Source: Eledone cirrhosa
Taxonomy: Eukaryota
Assembly: GCA_964016885.1 (NCBI GenBank)
Contig: OZ024740.1
Span: 102,796,001 to 102,860,000, forward strand
DNA length: 64,000 nucleotides
Reading direction: 5' to 3'
Under the pieces are notes generated by a model. The model was not told the DNA's origin. It worked only from the letters and a program-made list of their open reading frames with translations, and searched no databases. Both the position numbers and the translations under genes were made by a program. Positions 1-11,600 of the stretch are shown here, one piece after another; the first letter of the stretch is position 1, and each line of letters opens with the position of its first letter.

Positions 1-85
1 ACAAACATTCAATACAGTTATTTTCTCTTTTACCTGTCTTCTCTTATCATCTGTTTACCCGGGCGAAGCTGGGTACGTCAGCTAG
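1..85 (+). mobile_element. 3' end of a Helitron copy (continues off the left edge)
   Basis: Near-identical to 864-948. GC hairpin ACCCGGGCGAAGCTGGGT followed by CTAG (82-85), the canonical Helitron 3' terminus. Confidence 0.8.
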
Positions 86-948
86 TCTATATATTAATTT
101 CAACAATGTCAGTATTCCGTGTGTCATAATTCTCGATTATCATTGGTTCATAGGTTTCAAACGACTCCGCCCACCTCAACGACGCCAAACTTAAATTAAT
201 ATGCATAATGCCAATGAGGGAGTGAGAGAGGAGAGTAAGAAACAGTGAAGCAAAGTGAACTCTGAGTTGGATACACTATGTATATATGTCAGTGTAGAGA
301 CATGTGTGTGTGTGATGTGTGTGGAAATAAGAGGGGAAGGAAAGCAATAACTATTAACATGTGTGCGTGTGTATGTACGTGCGCGTATGTTTATGTGTGC
401 GTGCGTGCAGCGTTCAACAGAAAGTAAAATCTATCAACATGTGTTAGTGTGTGTGTGTATGTAAGTGCACGGGTGCGTGTGTAATTTTGCGTTCGTGTGC
501 GCGTTTCCATGTGTGTATGTGTGTGTACGTGCGGCATCCCAAATCGCCACGCAGTTTATCTGTCTGTGTGCCTGTCTGTCAGTCTAACATACACAGAGTT
601 GTGAAGGGAGTAAATAGGAACCTTTTTTACATTGACGGACATCTTTTATATTAATTATCAATATCTACATATAATATAAAAGATTGGAACTTCCATCATC
701 CTTTTGAGAAACGTGGAACAACCATGTCTATGCAATGATACACGTTTTACAGTTAGGCAGAAGATGAACCATCTCAACGAAGAATCTGGTATATCTGGAA
801 GATTTTTTTTTACTGTTTTTTGTATCACACAGACACCACGGACTCGCCTCATACAGTAACCAGACAAACATCCAATACAGTCATTTTCTCTTTTACCTGT
901 CTTCTCTTATCATCTGTTTACCCGGGTGAAGCTGGGTACGTCAGCTAG
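86..948 (+). mobile_element. Non-autonomous Helitron, 863-bp unit, with Pif1-helicase remnant
   Basis: Starts TC (TCTATATATT) directly after the previous CTAG and ends hairpin + CTAG(945-948)|T. 680-781 translates KIGTSIILLRNVEQPCLCNDTRFTVRQKMNHLNE, matching the RepHel/Pif1 'LKxGxPxxLLRNxxPxxLCNGTRL' motif. Confidence 0.85.
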
Positions 949-960
949 TATATATATATT

Positions 961-2005
961 TAAGGGTCTCAAAGTCAACCTGACAAAGACTAAGGCCCTT
1001 GTAAGTAGACGAGAAAACAGAGCCCAGATACCCCCAGGGAAATGCCCTTGCTCAGTATGTAGGGAAGGTGTAGGTAGGAACATCATCCTCTGCCCCAAAT
1101 GCAAACAATGGGTACACAAGAGATGTAGCGGGATCTCAGGAAGCTTAGCAGCTGCACTGGGACTACAAGCAGCAAATGGCCACAGGAAACAAGCACCGCC
1201 AAACTCTGGGAGGGCTCTGTAGAAACAGTAGACAGCTTTTGCTACCTATGTGACCAAATTAGCAGCAGAGGTGGGTGTTCGGAAAGTACAGTAGCCAGGG
1301 TAAGAATGGGATGGAAGAAGTTCAGGGAGCTACTGCCACTGCTAGCTGCAATGTTACACGGTAGTGAGACCTGGGCGTTGTGTTTAGAAGACTTGCGTAG
1401 ATTAGAAAGAAACTCAGCTTGCATGCTCTGGTTCATTTGTAATACGCGAACGGCAAAGCAAAAACGAATTGAGAGAGAGACTGAGCATAAGAAGAATCAA
1501 ATGCTGTGAGAGGAGGTTACGTTGGTATGGACATGTGATGTGTATGAAGGATGACAGCTGCATAAAAAGATGCAGATCACTAGAAATCGATTGAAGCCGT
1601 GGAGCGGGGAAACACAAGAAGACTTGGGATGAGGTGATAAAAGCTGACCTTACCCAATTGCACTTCTCAAAGGCGATGACACTGTACCGTGACCTCTGGC
1701 GTCACGCAATAATACAGAAGACCCGACTCCCCACGGGTAGAAGCCAAAACCGAAGCATATAGTCAATATGCCCCCACCCCCTCCCACTGCAAAGTGGTCA
1801 TGGAGGACCCACAACAAAAAAGCACCCAGCACTCACTGTAAATGAGGTTGGTGTTAGGAAGGGCATCCAGCTGTAGAAATCAAGCCAGAATCAGTTCTCA
1901 TATGAGCAAGAGAAGGTTAGCCGACCGGGTACTGTCCATGACAAAACAACCCGTCTAACCCATGCTATCATGGAAGAATCGATGTAAAACGGTGATGATG
2001 ATGAT
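961..2005 (+). mobile_element. 5'-truncated, decayed RTE LINE (C-terminal ORF part, 3' UTR, (GAT)n tail)
   Basis: KGLKVNLTKTK...CSVC...[20 protein letters not shown] and RLRWYGHV, homologous to the intact ORF at 56486-59764. Carries stops and deletions. Confidence 0.92.
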
Positions 2006-2127
2006 AGTTTAGGGATTGTAACGTCAATTTACTGTAGGTTCACCAAAGGGAGCACTCGATGAGCAGTCTCCAGTATGTACTTTGGGGTTATACTAAGCAG
2101 AGTGTAAAAAACTAATAATAATATCAC

Positions 2128-2358
2128 GAGGTGTCAAATTTTCATTACATTTATTGGGGTGTGACTCGCATTTCATGATTGATCAGTTCAAGGTTCGCTC
2201 TGTATCGATCGGGCCCATCTCTGGAATCAGAAGCTCATCAGATTGCATTAACAGAAGTGTGATGAGTTTTTGATTCCAGAGCCCAATCGATACAGATCAA
2301 ACCTTCAGCTGATCAATCGCGAAACACGTGTCACACCTCAATAAATGTAATGCAAATT
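2128..2358. repeat. Fold-back (~100-bp arms) containing an interrupted type I hammerhead motif, probably Penelope pLTR-derived
   Basis: Arms 2137-2241 and ~2260-2358 are reverse complements. Joining GAGGTGTC (2128-2135) to TGATGA (2260-2265) restores GAGGTGT-CTGATGA-(55 nt)-GAAA-CACGTG-TC-ACACCTC, followed by AATAAA. Confidence 0.65.
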
Positions 2359-2386
2359 CATCCATATTATTATTATTATAATTAGT

Positions 2387-2586
2387 AGGGCGGTAGATTG
2401 GCAGTATCGGTAGAGGGTCGGACGCCATACTTTCCAGCATAGTTACGTCCCTTTACGATCTGAGTTCAAATCCCGCCGAGGTTGACTTTGCCTTTCATCC
2501 TTACGGGGTCGATAAAATAAAGTACCAGTAATGCACTGGGTCATTTGCTGGCCTTGTGCCTAAAGTAGAAACAATTATTATTATTA

Positions 2587-2590
<4 letters not shown>
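2387..2590 (+). mobile_element. tRNA-derived SINE, family A, (ATT)n tail
   Basis: A-box-like TGGCAGTATCGG, B-box GAGTTCAAATCC, central GCCTTTCATCCTTACGGGGTCGATAAAATAAAGTACCAG. At least 8 related copies in the window. Confidence 0.88.
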
Positions 2591-2627
<37 letters not shown>

Positions 2628-2628
2628 G

Positions 2629-2722
<94 letters not shown>

Positions 2723-2735
2723 CATATATATACAT

Positions 2736-2795
<60 letters not shown>
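2591..2795. repeat. (TA)n/(TC)n compound microsatellite
   Basis: Direct reading. Confidence 0.97.
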
Positions 2796-2797
<2 letters not shown>

Positions 2798-3512
2798 CTT
2801 ATTAAATGATTCTATGGACATACTTCATTGTATATTGCTCTGATTATTTAATTAATTAATTCGTCATTGAGCCACATCGTGAATGGTTGCCAAAAACATA
2901 TATATATCTATGACTTTGTCTAGTTTGTGTGTATGTAACTCTTTATATTTGATAATCTCCCATAAGGTTGAGATGCAATTTAGGCAATATTAGGCTGCGC
3001 CTTCTAGCAACCAGCCCACTCGCCGTAAGGCACCAATCACATTCTTTCTGACTTGACCACTGCCACGTCACAGTTCTTAGCCATTTTGAATTCGTTTCTG
3101 GCGGGGATCATTTAAGAAAATCTTCGTCCAAGGGAGTTTATTCCCTGATGATTTCGAAGCTCGAGAATTTATCCTTGATCGGATATTACCAAAAGCGAAT
3201 GAAACTCCAAAGGGTAGAAACGTAATCTTGGTATGTTTATATACATTTTTTCTTCTTACTTTAATTTTATACCTAATTGTGTATGGTTGACGATATATTT
3301 AATCGATTTCCACGTGATATTGAAATGCTGGGTAAATATTCTATAGCTGTTGATCGCGAATAGATGGCTGTCGTTTATTTATCTATTATTTCTTCATAGG
3401 TGCCTTTTAATCTTATAGCCTGGTTTAATTGGTTTTTTTGTGTGGTTGATTATGCTAATTGGGAGAGGAGATGGTGTATATATCTTATCAAATGATTCTA
3501 TGGACATACTTT

Positions 3513-3521
<9 letters not shown>
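2789..3521 (+). mobile_element. 686-bp unit bounded by 47-bp direct repeats, with a degenerate HHR-like motif (putative non-autonomous Penelope-like piece)
   Basis: 2789-2835 matches 3475-3521 with 2 mismatches. CTGATGA 3145-3151, GAAA 3201-3204, CTC-CAAA-GGG-TA. Flanked by (TA)n on both sides. Confidence 0.45.
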
Positions 3522-3591
<70 letters not shown>

Positions 3592-4024
3592 AACAATACA
3601 ATATAATTACCTCATTACCAGAGGTTTACCGAATAAGACGAATACAAGAAACGTCCTCATTCGTTGTATGTGTATATATTTCAATCCTTAGTCCCTGAGT
3701 CTGTATGTACACTAACTCTATTATCTTACAATTTCTTTTTTCAACATATATTATATACGTATTTGTGGTCACACATACACTGATATGCTTGTCCTCATGT
3801 ATGTACTTACGAACACATTTTTTCACTATACACATGCATTTGTACATACACACATATGTACATTTGTAGGTGCATATACACACATTTATACACATACCCT
3901 TACTATATTTCCTTATTTTATTTTTATATATCTCTTGCATTACTTTTATTTATAAATTTTTTTGCCCGTTAAACTTTTGCCTTTCTTGAGGAGATTTTTC
4001 AAATATTTCACTATGTTTTAAATT

Positions 4025-4100
4025 GGCTTGTCTGACGAACGAATGAGGACGTTTTTTGTATTCGTCTTATTCGGGAAACCTCTGGTAATGAGGTAATTAT
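4025..4100 (+). ncRNA. Type I hammerhead motif in the 5' pLTR (3' pLTR copy at ~7620-7695 has core CCGATGA)
   Basis: CTGACGA 4032-4038; ~11-bp stem II CGAATGAGGACG/CGTCTTATTCG; GAAA 4075-4078; stem III CCTC/GAGG; GUA triplet ending 4095. Stem I pairing is weak. Confidence 0.65.
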
Positions 4101-4144
4101 ATTGTATTGTTTATTATACATTAAATTTTTAACCAATACTGAAC

Positions 4145-6253
4145 ATGGATAGACATCATTTGGATTACTCCATCAAGAATATCCCAACACCTTCTAACAC
4201 TCCCTACACTAAAATGTTGATAGACAAAATAGAGGAAGTTGTTAAAAGAATGAGATCGAAAGCTTTGATTTTCTATGGACACTTTAACACGGACTCTACT
4301 GAATATTTTGATATCAAGTCTCATAAATACCCGCAAAGAGTAAAAGATATGACCGCTTTTGAACTAGACTTAGTTAATTTAATCAACCAAATCAAATTCC
4401 GTAAGTACTCTAATCCTTTTAAATCTAAACTATCTAACGATATTTCAATATTCAAATCTTCTAAAGATAAGTTCATTTTCTCTGACAAAACTAAAAACTT
4501 ATACGAAGTTAATAATAACTTACATGACCAACTCTTAATAGATAACATCACCTCTAAATACCAAATAGCTAATATAAACACCTATAATACTATTAATAAG
4601 GAAGTTAAAGAATTAGCTAGTTTTTTAAAAAATAGACAATAGAACAGAAAAACTTGCTAAACGTAATGCCTATATCACCCTCAAAGATCACAAACCTGAT
4701 TTTATTAATCGTCCTAGTTGTAGATTAATCAACCTTGCTAAGACTGAAATCGGTCTTGCTAGCCAAAAAATATTCAATAATATAAACAAACATATTATAA
4801 GTAAGTCTGAATTACTCCAATGGATAAATAGCTCTTCCGTAGTACATTGGTTTAATAATATTAAAGATAAAAATAGTTCTAGATTCACCCAATTTGACAT
4901 TGTAGACTTCTACCCGTCTATTACTCACCCTCTTTTAACGAAAGCATTACATTTCGCTAGAAAGTTTATCAATATTTCTGATATTGAAGAGAATGTCATT
5001 TTGCATGCTAGAAACACTTTACTATTTACTAATAATGACACTTGGGTAAAAAAATCTAACCCAGAGAACCCATTCGATGTCTCAATGGGTTCTTTTGACA
5101 GTGCTGGCGTGTGTGATTTAGTCGGCCTATTCCTCCTACACACACTTAAAGAGAAATTCCCTAACCATACCTTTGGGCTTTATCGCGACGATGGTCTAAT
5201 ACTTTCCCATACCACTATAGGCCATAACTTAGATAGATTCAGGAAAGACTTAATAAAAACCATCGCTAGTTTTAATCTTAAAATTACCATTGACACTAAC
5301 CTTTCTAATGTTAATTTTCTAGATATAAACCTAGATCTGCCTACTGCTTCTTATAAACCGTACCATAAACCTAATGAAAATTTAAAATATATAAATAAAG
5401 GCTCTTGCCATCCTCCTATAGTTTTTAAAAGTCTTATCCCTAATATTAGCCGTAGGATCTCCACGCTCTCTTCCTCAGAAGCTATTTTCAATAAGGCATC
5501 CCCCTACTATAATAAAGCCCTTCAAAATAGCGGATTTAGCGAACCGATTCAGTACATACCCAATAATACTAACTCCTTTAAACATAATAATAGGAAAAGA
5601 AAAATAATCTGGTTCACCCCCCCCCCCCCCCCTACTCTTTAGCAGTTAAAACTAATGTAGGCAAAAAATTCCTAGAGCTCTTAGATAAACATTTCCCTAG
5701 AACACATAGATACTATAAGATCTTCAATAGAAACTGTGTCAAAATCAGCTACTCCTGGTCCCCCTATTAAATCTTATATCCTCAATAAGAAAATACCCAG
5801 AGAACATCAAAATTGCTCCTGTAGAGTCAAAAGTGAATGCCCATTACAAGGTAAATGCAACACCAAAGCCATTGTACATGCGGTTAAAGTGACAACCACC
5901 AGCAACAACCTACCAGCCACCAGCGAACGATATGTGGGTATGACACAAGACAAATTCAAAACGCGTTATTACTCACATGTCGCATCTTTCCGACATCCTG
6001 AAAAAAAATTTACAACAGCTCTGGCTAGCAGAATATGGGATTTGAAAGACCAAGGTATCCAATATAAATTAGATTGGTCAATTTTGAACCAATCTAAAGA
6101 ATATGCAAAAGGAACAAGATGCGCACTCTACATAAGTGAAAAATATTGGATTTTACAGAACCTTAAATCACCAAAAACCTGCCTAAATGCAAAAAACAGA
6201 AATTTTCACTAGTTGCCCACACATGAAATCACACTTGCTTTCCAGCTCATATA
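4145..6253 (+). pseudogene. Disrupted Penelope-like RT + GIY-YIG endonuclease ORF
   Basis: YSIKNIP, QFDIVDFYPSI, MGSFDSAGVCDLVG, GLYRDDGL, FLD, CSCRVKSECPLQGKC and YVG motifs, spread over several frames (breaks near 4630, 5620-5640, 5750, 6200). Confidence 0.92.
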
Positions 6254-6749
6254 AACTTAACTCACTTTCAGATACTTATCCTCCATAAACTCTTGTTCTT
6301 CATTTTCCTTAACTTACCTTCTTTACAGACTTCTCTTTCTGATTTACTTTTATTTTTATTTTTAACTTTATTTTTACTTCACATCCAACAGTGACCCCCC
6401 CCCCCCCTGCTTTTTGATTCACTTACTTTATATCTTCACAATTTTACATATTTTACTTCTCCCTTTTCTTTCACTACCTGATATCAAATGTCACTTGCGT
6501 TTTCAACTCCAGATATATTCTGTTGTCCCTCAGCCGCTTTTAAGTATGTTTACTTGCGTATAATTTGTACTCATTTATTCATACGGCCGGTATGTATGCG
6601 TATAAGTGTGCATATGTGTGTATGCGTGTTTGTATATGTATACGAATGCATTTGTATGTGCGCGTGTATGTGTATATGTGTGTGTGTATGTGTGTTTTTA
6701 TATCTATGTTTTTTACATACTTATATATATATGTGTGTGTGTGTATATG

Positions 6750-6842
<93 letters not shown>

Positions 6843-7945
6843 GTATGTATATATATGGTCGCGTGGGTGCGTGTGATTAGATGTAGATGTATGTATATAT
6901 ATGTGCTTCGTGTGTATGTATGCGCGCTTTTGTATGTATGTACGCATGTATGTGCTTTTGTCTGTACGTTTTTATATATATATTTATATATATATGTGTG
7001 TGTACGAACCTCTGTATGTTTTCTATTTTTTCTAGTGTTACTTTATAATTGATAACCCCTCCCTCTTACTTTCTCTTTGATTTAATTTTTTTATTCTCAT
7101 ATATTTTTTCATTTTTCAATTTCATATTTTATATTTTTATATATGTATCGACCTTCAGCCTGACACTGCTTTGACTGATACACTCCCTTCCCTGTATATA
7201 TATCACATGCATGTATGTGGTTGCGCGTGTGTGTGTGTTTATACGCGTGCTTTCATACTTGTATGTGTATATGTTTCAATCCTTAGTCCCTGAGTCTGTA
7301 TGTACGCTAACTCTATTATCTTACAATTTCTTTTTTCAACATATATTATATACGTATTTGTGGTCACACATACACTGATATGCTTGCCCTCATGTATGTA
7401 CTTACGAACACATTTTTTCACTATACACATGCATTTGTACATACACACATATGTACATTTGTAGGTGCATATACACACATTTATACACATACCCTTACTA
7501 TATTTCCTTATTTTATTTTTATATATCTCTTGCATTACTTTTATTTATATAATTTTTTGCCCTTTAAACTTTTGCCTTTCTTGAGGAGATTTTTCAAATA
7601 TTTCACTATGTTTTAAATTGCCTTGTCCGATGAACGAATGAGGACGTTTTTTGTATTCGTCTTATTCGGGAAACCTCTGGTAATGAGGTAATTATATTGT
7701 TGTTTATTATACATTAAATTTAGCTCTGTAACTTACATAGAGCACTCTTCACTCCTATGACTTTTTCAATTTTCAACGGAAACTTCAATACTTTTATATA
7801 TACATATATATATGTAGAAGTTATATTTAATTTGTTGGGATACAACAAGCAAATATTTTTATAACTGATATAAAGCACTCAACAATTTTTTGGAGCAAAA
7901 ATACAATATATTAACAAATGTAAACTATGTTTATAAAACCATATT

Positions 7946-8010
7946 TATTTCATTATACATATTTCAAGGACACCAAAGCAAATTATGGTGCGCTTTCATC
8001 AGATAAAATA
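7946..8010 (-). ncRNA. Type I hammerhead motif (mirror copy)
   Basis: Reverse complement of 8022-8086, with one stem II change. Confidence 0.7.
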
Positions 8011-8021
8011 TATTTATATTA

Positions 8022-8086
8022 TATTTTATCTGATGAAAGCGCACCATAATTTGCTTTGGTGTTCTTGAAATATGTATAATGAAATA
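8022..8086 (+). ncRNA. Type I hammerhead motif with minimal stem III
   Basis: Stem I TATTTTAT/ATGAAATA; CTGATGA 8030-8036; stem II AAGCGCACCA/TGGTGTTCTT; GAAA 8067-8070; T-ATGT-A; AUA triplet. Confidence 0.7.
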
Positions 8087-8229
8087 AATATGGTTTTATA
8101 AATATAGTTTCCATTTGTTAATATACTGTATATATATATATATATATATATAAATGAAAAGTATAGAAATTGTTGTAGCGAGAAGCTAACAGTATTCTAT
8201 AACATATGGAATATATATATATATATATT

Positions 8230-8291
<62 letters not shown>

Positions 8292-8548
8292 TCCTGTAAT
8301 GGCTGATCCTGAAAAAGAAACAAATTACTTTATATAAGATATACACAAATATTACCATCAACATAACAAAATCATGTAGGAACCTTATTACTATATATTT
8401 ACAATTACATTTTCACGGTAAACACTATCTCACACAATATCGAATCTACGAGACTTTGATAATAAAAAGAAAATGTTCGTTCTACATGGCTGAATACAAT
8501 AAATGTCAGTAGAATGAACTCTTCATTCTTGCTCTTGTGTTGCCATGT

Positions 8549-8610
8549 GAACAGAACTGCAGACACTAATGTTTCTGGTTATTACCCTTCATCAGTACAG
8601 CTTACTGTTC
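8549..8610 (-). ncRNA. Type I hammerhead ribozyme with intact core and GUC site
   Basis: Minus strand reads GAACAG-TAA-GCTGTA-CTGATGA-AGGGTAATAACCA-GAAA-CATTAGT-GTC-TGCAGT-T-CTGTTC, giving a bipartite 6+6-bp stem I with an internal loop. Confidence 0.8.
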
Positions 8611-8665
8611 ATCTGCCAAACTCTCAGAGCTAGTGAAAATATATGCTATTTTCAAAAATACACAC

Positions 8666-11600
8666 ATCATTATCATCATCATCTTCGTTTAACGTCCATC
8701 TTCCACGCTAGCATGGGTTAGATGGGAGGTGTCCCACTTGAGGCAAGGTTGGTCGGGTGGCCGTGTCTCACTCATATAGGACTATCTGGCAGGTTTTCTA
8801 CGGCTGGATACCATTCCTAACACCAACCACATTTACAGTGTGGAACTGGGAACTTTTTACCGTGTTACCTACACGACCACATTACAGCGTGGACTGTGTG
8901 TTTTTTTGTCGTGACACCTACACGATATCGATCTCAATCTCATTATCTCATTTATTTGGACTGGATGTTGTGGTACCAATTTTACAGAGAGGTGGGAGTG
9001 GGAGGATAGGGTAGGGGTAGTAGATTGGGGTGTATATTTGGTTAAGAGGTGCCTACTGACTGTAGGTTTCAATTTGAACATAGGCAATGCGGGTCTTCTG
9101 TATTACTGCGTAGCGCCAAAGATCTCGGTCCAGTGACATTGTCTTAGAGAGGCGCAAGTGTGTAAGGTCGGAATTTATCAAATCGTCCCAGGTTTTTCTG
9201 GGTCTACCTACTCTGTAACTACCATCAATTTTGATTGCCCTGCACTTTTTTATACAGCTGTCCTCTTTCATGCGCATCACGTGACCATACCAACGTAGTC
9301 TTCTCTCAAGTAAACAGCCTCTGATCCCTCTTATTCCTAATTTCTCATTTAGTTCATTTATGCTTTGCCATTCACGCATATTACTATTACACATCCAACG
9401 GAGCATGCAAGCTTCATTCCTTTCCAGTCTGCGCAGGTCCTCTGCACACAATGCCCATGTCTCACTGCCATGTAGCATTGCTGTTCATATACAGGCATCA
9501 TACAATCTGCCTTTCATTTTTAGAGAGAAACCTTTAGTGGCCAATAGTGGTATAAGCTCTCTGAACTTTTTCCATCCCGTTCTGACTCTGGCTACTTTAC
9601 TTTCAGAGCACCCTCCACCACTGCTGATTTCGTTACCCAGGTAACGAAAAGTGTCCACTATTTCTATAGAACCATCTGGGCAATAGAAGGAGCTAGTATC
9701 CTGTGGGCACTTGCTACTTAGTGCACCTGAGCATCGGCCACATATAAAATCTACGTTCTTTACCTGTGATCCCACTACATCTTTTATAGTTTGCATTTGG
9801 GACATAAAATGGAATTTCTGCCTACCTTTCCTACACAGTGAACATGCCATTTCCCTGAGGGCACCTGTGCCCTATTTTCATTTCTACAAACCAGAACTTT
9901 AGTCTTAGACAAGTTAACTTTAAGGCCTTTTGATTCTAGGCCATTCTTCTATGTTTGGAATTTCTTCTCTAGTTCAGCCATTGATTCAGTTATGAGAGTT
10001 AGATCATCTGCGTATAGGAGTTCCCTTGGGCAGCCGGTCTTGAACTCCTCTGTTATAGCCTGAAGAGCAATAATAAATAGGAGGGAGCTAAGGACAGAGG
10101 CTTGATGAACACCAACTTTTACACTAAATTCTTCACAATATTCATTGTTAATTCTAACCTTACTGACTGTTTCATTATACATAGCTTGTATAGCTCTCAC
10201 AAGCCATTCATCTACACCTAGTTTTCTAAGAGCCCACCAGATCATGGAACGGGGCACTGTGTCAAAGGCTTTCTCCAGGTCTACAAAAGCTAAGTAGAGG
10301 GGTTTACTTTTAGCTAAGGACTTCTCCTGTAGTTGTCGTACAAGGAAAAGAGCGTCTGTAGTAGTTTCACCTGACACAAACCCAAACTGCATTTCATCTA
10401 TATCAATTCGCTCTCTTATTAGTTGTGCTATAACTCTTTCTGTGACCTTCATGACCTAGTCAACTAACTTAATGCCACTATAGTTTCCCCTATCTAGAGC
10501 ATCCCCTTTACCCTTGTAGCAGTTAATGATGATGCTGCTACACCAGTCTTTTGGTATGACCCCATTCTGTATTACTTGGTTAACTATACGGGCGACCATA
10601 GTATGTCCCGCCATTCCAGATGCCTTCAACATCTCAGCAACTATCGCCGAAGGCCCAGCTGCCTTGCCTGTCTTCATATCTTTGATTGCCTTACTTATTA
10701 TACTACCTTTAACTTGTACCGCTGGTCCTTCTGTTGGATCGATTTGGGGCAGACCATCTTTTTCCTATTTATTCTCCTCATTTAATAGTCTCTCGTAGTG
10801 ACACTTCCAAGCTACCTTCTTATCAGTATCAGTGAGGGCAAGTACACCATTATCATTATGGACACACTTCTCCCCGACAATATCACGGTTTTCCTTGACA
10901 CATTGTCTAGCAATCCTGAACACCTCACATTTTTGGTCGGTCCTCACGTTGTAGAAGATGTTTGAACTTTCTATCCTCTGCTTCCCTTTTTCCAAGGTAC
11001 ACTTGTCTCCTAGCTTCTCTCCTGGCCACTTGATAGTGTTCTCTACTTCCCCCATTCTGCCATACTTTCCAAGCCTGCTTTTTGGCCTTGATTGTCTCCT
11101 CCACCTTACTGTTCCACCACCAAGTTACTCTCCTCCTGCCAATAGGTCTGCTCCAGCCACAGATTTCATCCGTTGCTTTCAGCAAGTTCACTTTCAAGAA
11201 TTCCCACTGTTCCTCTATATTGCATGTCTCTAATTGCTCTTTCTTATTGTCAAAGGCATCAAGTAATAAGCTTTTAAATTTGTCACTGGCTATGGGGGTC
11301 CTTCAATTTCCATATTCTTCTCCTCAAGGTAGGCCTCCTCTGTCGTCGAGTACGTCTATTCTTGACTATGAGGTCACTAACTACTAGGCTATGTTGGGAG
11401 GTGCATTCTTCACGGGGAGAGGATTTAGTGTTTACAACAGACACTTTGTCACGTCTTCTAGTAAGAATATAATCTATCTGGCTGGCGTGTTCCCCTGATT
11501 TATAGGTGATCAAATGGTTTTCTCGTTTTTTGAAGTTTGTGTTACAGATAGTTAGGTTATTAGCGTCACAGAATTCCAGGATTCTGAAGCCCTCCTCATT

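Larger units (their letters stand above)
3585..7721 (+). mobile_element. Penelope-like retroelement (Naiad-type), complete layout: inverted partial pLTR, pLTR, ORF, pLTR
   Basis: Direct repeats 3664-4128 and 7259-7721. 3585-3665 is an inverted copy of 4038-4118. RT and GIY-YIG coding lie between the repeats. Confidence 0.93.
7901..8131. repeat. Near-perfect palindrome (~112-bp arms, 7-nt loop) carrying a hammerhead motif on each strand
   Basis: 7901-8012 is the reverse complement of 8020-8131 with few mismatches. Confidence 0.92.

Noticed and set aside
3664-7721. LTR retrotransposon interpretation of the 460-bp direct repeats
   Set aside because: No TG..CA ends, PBS, gag or integrase. The GIY-YIG domain, HHR and inverted 5' copy indicate Penelope pseudo-LTRs.
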